Below are positions 52,804-61,599 of a DNA stretch of 64,000 nucleotides, one piece after another. The position numbers were made by a program, and so were the translations under genes. The stretch comes from an uncultured Bacteroidales bacterium (lineage in GTDB: Bacteria; Bacteroidota; Bacteroidia; Bacteroidales; Marinilabiliaceae). The notes under the pieces are model-generated. The model was given only the letters and a program-made list of their open reading frames with translations. It had not been told where the DNA came from and searched no databases. Position 1 is the stretch's first letter, and every line of letters starts with the position of its first letter. The DNA is taken from NCBI GenBank assembly GCA_937892095.1, contig CALAVC010000224.1:49893-113892 (forward strand). Direction: 5' to 3'.

Positions 52804-53946
52804 GTGAGGCACATTCGCATAGCTTTTGACGGCAAACGTGCCGCTCAAAATCGCACTGGTCTTGGCAACTATAGTCGCTTCGTACTCAACGCACTTGCAA
52901 GCCGTAGCGACGTAGAGCAGCTCGACCTCTACGTGCCACACCCCAGCCGTACAGACTTGCTCGGCGCGCTTGCTTCGAGTGCGAAAGTCAGTCTTTGTGG
53001 GCCCACATCTTTCGGGTGGCAGAGGTTTAGTTCGCTCTGGCGAGTCTTTGCTTTGTCTTCGCAGTTGGAGTCCGACGGCGTCAGCCTCTTTCATGGGCTA
53101 AGCAACGAACTCCCATTAGGAATCGAAAAGACTTCGGTGCGAAGTGTCGTAACCATTCACGACCTTATCTTCCGTCGCTACCCCGAATATTATGGATTCG
53201 TCGATCGTCAAATATACGATTATAAGTTTCGTCGTGCTTGTCAGTCTGCCGACCGCATAATTGCAGTCAGTGAGTGTACCAAGCGCGACATCGTCAGTTT
53301 CTACGGCACCGACCCCAATAAAATAGATGTCGTCTATCAGGGTTGCGACCCACTCTTTGCATCCGAAGTGTCAGATAGCACCATGCAAGAAGTTCGGAGC
53401 AAATACGATCTGCCCGACAACTATATACTTTTTGTTGGTAGCATAGAAAGGCGCAAAAACCTTATGCTCGCCGCAAAAGCTCTCCGTAGTTTACCATCCG
53501 ATGTGCATCTTGTTGCCGTTGGTCGACGCACGTCCTACACTGCCGAGGTTGAGGCTTTCGCACAGTCGAACGGTCTCTCCTGTCGCCTACACGTCCTAAC
53601 GGGTGTCCCTTTGCAAGATTTGCCGTCGCTCTATCACATGGCACGCGTTTTTGTCTATCCTTCGCGCTTCGAAGGCTTTGGCATCCCCATTCTTGAGGCA
53701 CTAACGTCGGGCACTCCCGTTGTAGCATGCACAGGCTCTTGCCTCGAAGAAGCAGGTGGTCCGTCGTCGCTCTACGTCTCTCCAGACGACCACGAATCTC
53801 TTGCCCGTTGCATATCAGACATTCTCGGTAGCGACTCCCTACGCCAAAAGATGATTGCCGACGGACGCGCCTACGCTGCCAATTTTAGCCCCGAAAAGCT
53901 TACAGATGATCTCTTAAGTGTCTACGATAGGGTTGTGGCTCTGTAA
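52804..53946 (+). CDS. glycosyltransferase family 4 (GT-B)
   Basis: GTG start directly after the pspC-like stop. YPSRFEGFGIPILEALTSGTPVVA is the E-x7-E region. Length is 380 aa. Confidence 0.85.
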   Translation: MRHIRIAFDGKRAAQNRTGLGNYSRFVLNALASRSDVEQLDLYVPHPSRTDLLGALASSAKVSLCGPTSFGWQRFSSLWRVFALSSQLESDGVSLFHGLSNELPLGIEKTSVRSVVTIHDLIFRRYPEYYGFVDRQIYDYKFRRACQSADRIIAVSECTKRDIVSFYGTDPNKIDVVYQGCDPLFASEVSDSTMQEVRSKYDLPDNYILFVGSIERRKNLMLAAKALRSLPSDVHLVAVGRRTSYTAEVEAFAQSNGLSCRLHVLTGVPLQDLPSLYHMARVFVYPSRFEGFGIPILEALTSGTPVVACTGSCLEEAGGPSSLYVSPDDHESLARCISDILGSDSLRQKMIADGRAYAANFSPEKLTDDLLSVYDRVVAL

Positions 53947-53994
53947 TTTGTTTAGTGAGTAAAAAGTCTCCTATTACATAGGTGTACAAAACAA

Positions 53995-54037
53995 ATAGTC
54001 GGACATGTTATATAGAACATGTCCGACTATCTATTTT
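53995..54037. terminator. bidirectional terminator between convergent GT4 and LamG/T9SS genes
   Basis: Perfect 15-bp stem atagtcggacatgtt / aacatgtccgactat with a 6-nt loop. Flanked by acaa-a upstream and ctatttt downstream. Confidence 0.75.
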
Positions 54038-54054
54038 CGTAGGGTAAGAGTGTT

Positions 54055-55281
54055 TTACTTAACTATGACCTTTGTGCTCTTAGTCGTTCCGTCGGTCAGC
54101 GTAAGGCGAATAATGTATATGCCCTTAGCCATTGGTGCCGACACCTTCTGACCACCCAAAGTGTAATACTCTGTCTGAGCCACTTCGGCAGCGCTGACAC
54201 CTATTGTCTGCAATGCCGATGCTGTCGGGTCTATGCACGTGCCGTCGCGGTCATACTCGACAGTCTTTGCCACGAGCTCAATTTCTCTGTTGCGAGCGAG
54301 GTCGTTTACTCGGTCTTCAGTAGCGCAGCCGTGGAACACTTGCACTTCGTCAATGTCGCCCGTGAAAGCCTCATCGTTGGTGCCTGCCGTTACACTGTTG
54401 CCCACTGCAAAGCCCGTCTTGCCACCAAAAGAGTAGTTATACATCTTGCTGAAAGCCGTCATTACGGTGCGGTAGCCATCGACGTAGGCGTAGATAGTGC
54501 CATTCTTGTGGTCGCGACATACGACAATGTTGTGCCACTCTCCGTCGAAGACGTATTCCCAGCTAATAGTGCGTGAGCCGTCGGGAGACGTGTCGCCCGG
54601 CTTCTGACCCGTTATGCCGTCGCCAATTATTACAATTTCTTGTTTCTTGTTCTTCACTTGGTTTTTGTTCGTAAAGAATACTTGCTTCTTCGTGCTATTG
54701 GCCTCGACGCCAACCCAGAAGTTGCCGTTGCCAAGTGTGTTGTCCCAAGTGCCTTTGTGGAAAAGGTATGCAGTCGCACCACCAAATTCACCCGTCGAGC
54801 GCATATAGAGACTTACGGTAAACGAGCCTTCGTCGTCCTGATAGCTTGCGGCGTTATTGTTGTTCTTCACAGTGCCGTCTTCTTGTACTGCCATGAGCGT
54901 GTCGCCAAGCATACGAAGTCCTGCATAATATTCAACGTCGATGGCAGCTGCCGAACGCACTGCTTTAACTTCCACGGTGTTGCCGTCTGTGTCTGTTGTG
55001 GTGCTGGCAGCCACGTAGTCGCTCATCTTGACTTCGTCGAAGTGGAACGCCTTGCCACTCTTGCCGTCTTCGACATAAGAGCCTTCGGTCATGACGCGCA
55101 AAGTGCCATTTGCAACTTCGCCAGCAGAAAGAGCACGTGTGCCACTATTGGTCAGGTCGCCCTCGAAACTGAGTTTAGCCACCAGCTCGTCACAGCCCGT
55201 AGGTCCGTCTTCTTCTTGTGCATGTGCAGCAGGCATGCAAAGTAGCGATGCCGATGCCAAAAGAAATAGTTGTTTCTTCAT
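54055..55281 (-). CDS. secreted LamG/concanavalin-A-like lectin-fold protein with a T9SS C-terminal sorting domain
   Basis: Signal peptide MKKQLFLLASASLLCMPAAHAQ. The middle region has GEWHNIVVCRD...GTIYAYVDG (LamG-like). The C-terminus YYTLGGQKVSAPMAKGIYIIRLTLTDGTTKSTKVIVK is typical of type-A T9SS CTDs. Confidence 0.7.
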   Translation of the reverse strand: MKKQLFLLASASLLCMPAAHAQEEDGPTGCDELVAKLSFEGDLTNSGTRALSAGEVANGTLRVMTEGSYVEDGKSGKAFHFDEVKMSDYVAASTTTDTDGNTVEVKAVRSAAAIDVEYYAGLRMLGDTLMAVQEDGTVKNNNNAASYQDDEGSFTVSLYMRSTGEFGGATAYLFHKGTWDNTLGNGNFWVGVEANSTKKQVFFTNKNQVKNKKQEIVIIGDGITGQKPGDTSPDGSRTISWEYVFDGEWHNIVVCRDHKNGTIYAYVDGYRTVMTAFSKMYNYSFGGKTGFAVGNSVTAGTNDEAFTGDIDEVQVFHGCATEDRVNDLARNREIELVAKTVEYDRDGTCIDPTASALQTIGVSAAEVAQTEYYTLGGQKVSAPMAKGIYIIRLTLTDGTTKSTKVIVK

Positions 55282-55312
55282 TTTGATATATGATTTTGTT
55301 TGATCTTTTTTC

Positions 55313-57364
55313 TTAGTAGCCCGGAAGTTGTGTCAGTCGCGGATTGTCTATCATAGGATGCCCAGCCGACTTACATGCAAATGGCAACAGCTCCGAATGG
55401 TTTTCACGGAAGCCGTAGTAAATACCATTCGTATTGTTGTCTGTTGCAATCCACGATGGGTAGTTGTCGCGCTCGTCGAGCGAAAGCCCATTGCGCATAG
55501 TGGGTTGCTGATACAGTATGGTGCCAATGTTCAGGTCGTTGCTCTTGGCCGTGTTGAAGCCCACAAACGTGCGTGCTATTCGATTGGTCTCTTGCGTATA
55601 TGCCCAGTGTAGGTTCACCAGATACCAAAGTGTGTCGTCGGCAGCAATGTCGGGTCTGTGCTTGCGGACGACCTCCATCATATATTTCCTATATTTCGAC
55701 CACTTCTTTTTGTCGGCAAGCAAGCTAATGTCGGCAATGTCGGCCTGCTCGTCTTTGTCGGTAATGTCTATGTAGTCCAGCGCCAAAAATGGGTCGCCGT
55801 AGGTCTGGCTGTCGATGTGTAGCTTGTAGAGTCGGTAGCCAAAGTCGTTGCGGTCCGAAAGGGCTTTCATGGCCTCTTGTGTCTTCCGTACCTCACGTGC
55901 CAAAAGCCCCATGCGGTTAATCTCAAATCGGTTGAAGAGTTCGCTGCCAAATTCCCAATAGCGCTCCTGAAGCACAGCGTCGTCAAAATCTTCTTTCGTG
56001 GTGGGGATTTCTTTGTCGCCTATGCCTGCGCGTTCGCGCACCTGTCGTAAGGCTTTCTGTGCGTCTGCCGTAGGTGCTCCATTGAGGTAGTTGTCGGCTT
56101 CGGCAAACATCAATAGCACGTCAGAATAGCGAATCAGAGGAATGTTGAGGTTGCGCTTGCTTGCTTCTTGTGGCTCCACACACCAGTGCAAGCGAAACTT
56201 GCCAGCCATGACGCACGAATATGTCGTGGCCTCGTCGGCATAGCGCACGTCGTCCATGGGGTAGATAGAGTATGTGGCGCACGTCACGTCGCGTCGAGTG
56301 TCGGCAGAGTCGAACGACAAGTAGTAGGTCGGCAGTAAGCACTGCAAGGATTTTCGACTACCAAACGTGCCACCACTCGAACCCGGGTGTGCATAGAGCC
56401 CAAACTTAGAGTTGGTCAGCGAACCAAGTTCGGCAAGGCTCCACATTATCTCTCGGTTGAGCGAAGTCAAGTTGCGTTGGCAGAAGTTGTACCACAAGTA
56501 GTGGAAGCCACTCATTGTCCCCTGATTCTGAATAAGTTCGTTGCCACCATGCTCAATAATCTGCCGGCAAGCGTCGCGAGCAATGGCGTATAGTTCGTCG
56601 ACTCGTGCTTCGTCGCTTCGCCTACGCACGCCCAGTGTCGCGGGGTCGTTGGTCTTGAGGTCCCAGCGTAGCGAATAGCCAGCCGCATGCATTGCCACTT
56701 TGGCAAGCAGTGCCAAAGCACTGTTTTTGCAGAGGCGCTCAGTCGTGGTCAGCCCACTCTCTTCGAACCATTGCAGGTTCTCTGCTGCCCATTGCAAGTC
56801 GCTCACAATTTGGTCGTATATCTCGTCTCTGCTTGCGCGAGTGGGGTAGAGGGTGTTCTCGTCGCTCATGTCCATGTCTTCCAACGATTGCCAAACGGCT
56901 GGCACGTCGCCATAGACGTTTATCAACTGCCAATAGGCAAAGGCACGTTGGCACAGCAACTCTGCACGTAGGCTCTTGCTCTTGTCGCTTTCGGGCAGTT
57001 TGCCCACGCCTTTCAGCCCCACGTTGACACCTTCAATGGTCTTATAGCCCTCGCTATATATGCTCGATAGGGTATAGGGCGTAGTGGCATCGTAGTAGTA
57101 GTTGCAGATGTTATATTTGCTATTGTTGGTTGTGCCGTCTTCGCAAGAGTGGGTTATCATGTCGCCAGCTGCCAGCTGATAGAGAGCATCGGTCGTTACC
57201 AGTCCGCGATAGCAACCTAGTACGTAGGCTTCGGCTGCCGATTCTGTGCTAAAAACGGTCTCAGTGTCGGTGGTTGTGTATGATGGCATGTCGAGGTAGT
57301 CGTCGCACGCCGTAGATAGTGTGGCACACGCCACAACAAGGGCTATATTGTGTTTCGTAAACAT
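55313..57364 (-). CDS. SusD/RagB-family nutrient-binding outer-membrane lipoprotein
   Basis: Lipobox ATLSTAC, 683 aa, lying directly downstream of a SusC-like gene. The TPR-like N-terminal region contains AEAYVLGCYRGL. Confidence 0.85.
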   Translation of the reverse strand: MFTKHNIALVVACATLSTACDDYLDMPSYTTTDTETVFSTESAAEAYVLGCYRGLVTTDALYQLAAGDMITHSCEDGTTNNSKYNICNYYYDATTPYTLSSIYSEGYKTIEGVNVGLKGVGKLPESDKSKSLRAELLCQRAFAYWQLINVYGDVPAVWQSLEDMDMSDENTLYPTRASRDEIYDQIVSDLQWAAENLQWFEESGLTTTERLCKNSALALLAKVAMHAAGYSLRWDLKTNDPATLGVRRRSDEARVDELYAIARDACRQIIEHGGNELIQNQGTMSGFHYLWYNFCQRNLTSLNREIMWSLAELGSLTNSKFGLYAHPGSSGGTFGSRKSLQCLLPTYYLSFDSADTRRDVTCATYSIYPMDDVRYADEATTYSCVMAGKFRLHWCVEPQEASKRNLNIPLIRYSDVLLMFAEADNYLNGAPTADAQKALRQVRERAGIGDKEIPTTKEDFDDAVLQERYWEFGSELFNRFEINRMGLLAREVRKTQEAMKALSDRNDFGYRLYKLHIDSQTYGDPFLALDYIDITDKDEQADIADISLLADKKKWSKYRKYMMEVVRKHRPDIAADDTLWYLVNLHWAYTQETNRIARTFVGFNTAKSNDLNIGTILYQQPTMRNGLSLDERDNYPSWIATDNNTNGIYYGFRENHSELLPFACKSAGHPMIDNPRLTQLPGY

Positions 57365-57379
57365 TGCTGCTCAAGATTG

Positions 57380-60300
57380 TTAGAATGTGAGATTTAGTCC
57401 GACCACAAAGCTTCGCGAGCGTGGATAGGTCGAGCTGTCGTAGCCGGGGGTGCAGACCACCTCGTCTTTGGCCGACGACACTTCGGGGTCATAGCCCGAA
57501 TAGTTGGTAATAGTGGCAAGGTTGTTGACCGTAAAGTAGACGCGAGCATTCTGTATGTATGCTTTTTGCGTCAGGTCTTTGGGCAGTGTGTAGCCCAAAG
57601 TCAGCGTTGCGAAGCGCAAGTACGAGCCGTCTTCCACAAAGTATGACGACGGATATGTTATGTTGCCAAGGTTATTGGTCGAGAGGCTCCACGTGCGCCC
57701 ACTCTCGTCGGGGTTAAGCGTGCGAAGCACCTCTGCCGACGTGGCTCGCCGACCAGTCTGTGGATCTACCGTGCGGTAGTAATTGCCAAACTCTTTTTGC
57801 GTGTTTTGGAATAGCGAGTACGGACTCATGGAGTGCTTGGTCGCATTGTAGATGTCTTGACCGACGGCAAACTTCACGAAGAGGCTTAGGTCGAATCCGA
57901 AGACCGTCAGCGTATTGGTCATTCCGCCAAAGGCCTTTGGTGTGCCATTGCCAATCTTCTGTTCTTTGCGACTAAAAATCGGTTGCCCATTGTCGTCCGT
58001 TCCGTCAGCTGCAAACTTTTGGTCGCCAACGCTAATGTCTTTGGCTGTCTTGCCCTCAGGAAGCACGACTCCCTCACGCATAGTCGTCATTGCGTCGTCG
58101 GCAAAGTCGCTTGTCGTATAGACGCCCTCATATTTGTAGCCATACATGTCGCCAAGGCTCTCGCCCACTGTGGCGTAGTAGTTGACGCTGCCCGAACGAT
58201 TGCTCCCTGCTGTAAACGTCTTGCTCTGTATTTCGCCTTCCAGTCGGTCCACATTGTTCTTGTTCAGGGCAATGTTGAAGTCTGTTGTCCACTTCAAGTG
58301 GTCGGTCTTGATGTTTGTTGTCGACAACGTAAATTCCCAACCACGATTGGTCATCTGCCCTATGTTCTGATACTGGTTGCTATAGCCTGTCGATGTCGGA
58401 ATCTTGCTTAGCAACAAGAGGTCGTCAATCGTGTTGTTGTACCACTCTATGGTCAGATTTATTTTGCTTTGCAAGAACGACACGTCCAAGCCCACGTTGG
58501 CACTCTTGAGCGTCTCCCAACGCAAATCTTTATTGCCCAATGTGCCACTAATGGTATATGCCAGAGTTCCCTCTTCGTTGTTCATAGGGTAGGTGGTCTG
58601 GTTGATGTTGGTGGCATACATATTGTTCGATATGTTGCAGTTGCCCGTCGTGCCGTAGCCCAAGCGGAGCTTCATGTTGTTGACGACCGATGCCACGTCT
58701 CCGTTCTGGAAAAAGTCTTCTTCCGACACGCGCCATGCTACTGCTGCCGACGGAAATATGCCCCAACGATTGTCTTTGGCAAACTTCGACGAACCGTCGG
58801 CACGCAACGTCGCCGTCAGCAAGTAGCGCTCTGCAAACGAATAGTTGACACGACCAAACGCACTCACAATGCCACTGGTGCTATGTCCCGAACTCTTATC
58901 ACTGACACTTGCCGAACTGATGTTGTCCAACCCGAAAAGGTTAGGGTAGGGGAACTTGTTGAGTGTCATGCTCGTACTCGACGACTCCGAGTGCGATATT
59001 TCGTGCCCCACAAGTATGCCCACTTTGTGCTTCTCTGCCAAGGTGTTGTCATACGACAGTGTGTTGGTCAGTTGCCACTTTGCGCTCTCGCTCTTCCCAA
59101 TCGAGCCGTTAATGCCAGTGTTGACTGGGTCGGTCAAGTATGCCGTACTATTCTCGTCGGCAAAAGAGGTGCTTTTGGTGTTCGATGTCGTATGACTACC
59201 CGATATGCGATATGTAAAATGTTTGAGGAAGTCTATGTCCACTCCCGCATTTAACGTCAAGAGCTTGTGCTTTTTGTTCGACTGCGAAGCCTCAAGTTGA
59301 ATGTTTGGGTTGGGCGTGTCGAACGCATTTTCTCTTTCGCGGAGGTCTTTGTAGGTCTGTGTGTTAAATAGTTCGTCGAGCGTGTAGAGTGTGCCACCAT
59401 GTATAGGCTGCATCAGTATGTATTTCATGCCACCATATGCGCCACCACCGTCAGTGTTTGTGTGTGCATACATCACGTTGGCATCCATCTTTATGTGCTC
59501 ATATAACTTTGTGCTTAGCTTTATGCGTGCCGAGTTTTTCAAGAGTCCATGATGAGCCAATATGCCGTTTTGGTTGCGGTGACTAAACGTAACGAGCAGT
59601 TGAGTCTTGTCGTTGCCCACCGACACCGATATGTTGTGCGACTGCGAAAGAGCTGCCTCGCCGAGCATTTTGTCTTGCCAATCGATTGTCTCAGCACCTG
59701 CATATCTACTCTTCATACGTTCGTAGGCACCTGTGTAGAAGTCTGCATCGCTCTTGGCTACGCCAGCGTCGAAGTAGTTGATGTAGGTCTGCTCTTTTTC
59801 GTTCAGCAGAGCCATCTCGTAGTTCATGGCTGCAAACTCCTCGGCACCGTCTATCATGTCGAGCTTCTTGCTTATCTTGTCTACCGACACGTAGCCGTTG
59901 TATGTAACCTTTGTCTTGTTTTTGTCGGCATTCTTGGTGGTTATAAGAATTATGCCATTTGAGCCACGTGCACCATATATGGCCGTCGACGACGCGTCTT
60001 TAAGTATGTCTATGCTCTCGATGTCGTTGATGTCTATGTTCGCCAATGCGTCGTCCATTTCAAACCCGTCCACAATGTAGAGCGGCTTGGTGCTTTGCGT
60101 AATACTCGTGCCACCACGCACCGTTATGTCCGACGACGCACCCGGCGCACCACTGCTCGTAACCACATTGACGCCTGCTGCCTTGCCTTGCAACGCTTGT
60201 GCTGCCGTCACCACTGGCACGCTTGCCAAGTCGTCGGCCGAGACGCTACTCGTTGCGCCCGTCAGGTCTTTGCGTTGCACCTTAGCGTAGCCCACAGCCA

Positions 60301-60607
60301 CAAACTCGTCGAGCAATATGGCCTCTTCACGCAATCGAATGTCGTAGTTCGTGGCCTCGCCCACTCCGATAGTCTCAGTCTCGTAGCCCACAAAGGCCAC
60401 TTCGAGCTCCTGACCCTCTGCCGCTCTGATGGAGTACCGACCATCCATGTCGGTAATGGTACCCGTGTTCGTACCCTTGACAAAAACCGAAGCTCCGGGC
60501 ACTGGACCATTCTCGTCTGTTATGACGCCCGTGATTGTTTTTGCTTCTTGCGCTGTCGCACTCAGCGCGCCACATAGAAAACAAATAAGTAATGTTCGCT
60601 TAAACAT
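57380..60607 (-). CDS. SusC/RagA-family TonB-dependent outer-membrane transporter
   Basis: The start at 60607 gives MFKRTLLICFLCGALSATAQE. Carboxypeptidase-regulatory-like domain ITGVITDENGPVPGASVFVKGTNTGTITDMDGRYSI, TonB-box region LDEFVAVGYAKVQRKDLTGA, and C-terminal ...FVVGLNLTF. The 94 aa further upstream in the ORF track are antisense to nadB. Confidence 0.9.
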   Translation of the reverse strand: MFKRTLLICFLCGALSATAQEAKTITGVITDENGPVPGASVFVKGTNTGTITDMDGRYSIRAAEGQELEVAFVGYETETIGVGEATNYDIRLREEAILLDEFVAVGYAKVQRKDLTGATSSVSADDLASVPVVTAAQALQGKAAGVNVVTSSGAPGASSDITVRGGTSITQSTKPLYIVDGFEMDDALANIDINDIESIDILKDASSTAIYGARGSNGIILITTKNADKNKTKVTYNGYVSVDKISKKLDMIDGAEEFAAMNYEMALLNEKEQTYINYFDAGVAKSDADFYTGAYERMKSRYAGAETIDWQDKMLGEAALSQSHNISVSVGNDKTQLLVTFSHRNQNGILAHHGLLKNSARIKLSTKLYEHIKMDANVMYAHTNTDGGGAYGGMKYILMQPIHGGTLYTLDELFNTQTYKDLRERENAFDTPNPNIQLEASQSNKKHKLLTLNAGVDIDFLKHFTYRISGSHTTSNTKSTSFADENSTAYLTDPVNTGINGSIGKSESAKWQLTNTLSYDNTLAEKHKVGILVGHEISHSESSSTSMTLNKFPYPNLFGLDNISSASVSDKSSGHSTSGIVSAFGRVNYSFAERYLLTATLRADGSSKFAKDNRWGIFPSAAVAWRVSEEDFFQNGDVASVVNNMKLRLGYGTTGNCNISNNMYATNINQTTYPMNNEEGTLAYTISGTLGNKDLRWETLKSANVGLDVSFLQSKINLTIEWYNNTIDDLLLLSKIPTSTGYSNQYQNIGQMTNRGWEFTLSTTNIKTDHLKWTTDFNIALNKNNVDRLEGEIQSKTFTAGSNRSGSVNYYATVGESLGDMYGYKYEGVYTTSDFADDAMTTMREGVVLPEGKTAKDISVGDQKFAADGTDDNGQPIFSRKEQKIGNGTPKAFGGMTNTLTVFGFDLSLFVKFAVGQDIYNATKHSMSPYSLFQNTQKEFGNYYRTVDPQTGRRATSAEVLRTLNPDESGRTWSLSTNNLGNITYPSSYFVEDGSYLRFATLTLGYTLPKDLTQKAYIQNARVYFTVNNLATITNYSGYDPEVSSAKDEVVCTPGYDSSTYPRSRSFVVGLNLTF

Positions 60608-60634
60608 TGAATAGTTTAAAGTGTTAGTTAATAA

Positions 60635-61516
60635 GCTCTCTTCCAACACTTTAACCATCAAGTGGACTACATTAAGGGAAGCTTTCTCATCACCGAGGCC
60701 ATGCGTGGCTATGGGGGCATCCTTCGCCACAAAGACGGCAAGTCGTTCATGGAAAAATATGACGAGCGCGGTAGCCTTGCACCACGCGACATCGTCGCTC
60801 GCGCCATCGACAACGAAATGAAAGCCACTGGCGAACCTTGCGTCTACCTCGACGTAACGCACAAACCTGCCGAAGAGACTCGCCGACACTTCCCCATGAT
60901 ATACGAAAAATGTCTATCCATCGGCATAGACATAACCAAAGAGTATATCCCCGTAACGCCAGCCGCTCACTACCTGTGTGGTGGCATAAAAGTCGACCTC
61001 AACGCACGCACCTCAATCAACCGCCTCTACGCTGCTGGCGAATGTAGTTGCACAGGTCTGCACGGAGCCAACCGACTTGCGTCTAACTCGCTCCTCGAAG
61101 CCCTTGTCTATGCCGACGTAGCCGCTCGACACTCCACCGAAGTCATGCGCCACACCGAGATTCGCGACGACATCCCCGAGTGGAACGACGAAGGCACCGT
61201 GCACAACGAAGAGCTAATCCTCGTTACGCAAGCCAACCACGAAGTCGAGACCATAATGAGCAACTACGTTGGCATCGTGCGTAGCAACCTCCGACTCCAA
61301 CGTGCTCTCGACCGTCTCGAAATAATCAGTCGCGAAACCGAGAGCCTCTACCAAAGCAGCCGTGTCAACCTTGCCATTTGCGAACTCCGCAACAAAATCA
61401 ACGTCGGCTACCTCATCATAAAAATGGCACAGAAACGTCGAGAAAGTCGTGGACTTCACTACACCCTCGACTACCCCGACCGCAACAAAAACCTCGACAC
61501 CTATCCAATAGACTAA
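60635..61516 (+). pseudogene. nadB: L-aspartate oxidase, 5'-truncated (only about the C-terminal 55 percent remains)
   Basis: The product starts within [12 protein letters not shown]...[15 protein letters not shown]...HFPMIYEKC...[10 protein letters not shown]...[24 protein letters not shown]...[12 protein letters not shown]. This aligns to residues ~250 onward of E. coli NadB as remembered. The FAD-binding N-terminal ~240 aa are absent. The frame is closed by TAA at 60632-60634, 25 nt from the susC start. Confidence 0.8.
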
Positions 61517-61530
61517 CCTATTGGACATTA

Positions 61531-61582
61531 ATAAGCCACACATCCCCCGACAAGTTTTCTTGTCGGGGGATGTGTGGCTTAT
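61531..61582. terminator. long perfect hairpin between convergent nadB remnant and the TolC-family gene
   Basis: 24-bp perfect stem ataagccacacatcccccgacaag / cttgtcgggggatgtgtggcttat with a 4-nt TTTT loop. No strong U-tract lies on either side. Confidence 0.6.
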
Positions 61583-61599
61583 GTGGCGAAACCTAAAAA

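Noticed and set aside
60608-60889. N-terminal 94-aa extension of the SusC-like ORF (ORF-track start at 60889)
   Set aside because: The extension is the antisense strand of the nadB remnant. A canonical signal peptide (MFKRTLLICFLCGALSATAQE) starts at the internal ATG at 60607.
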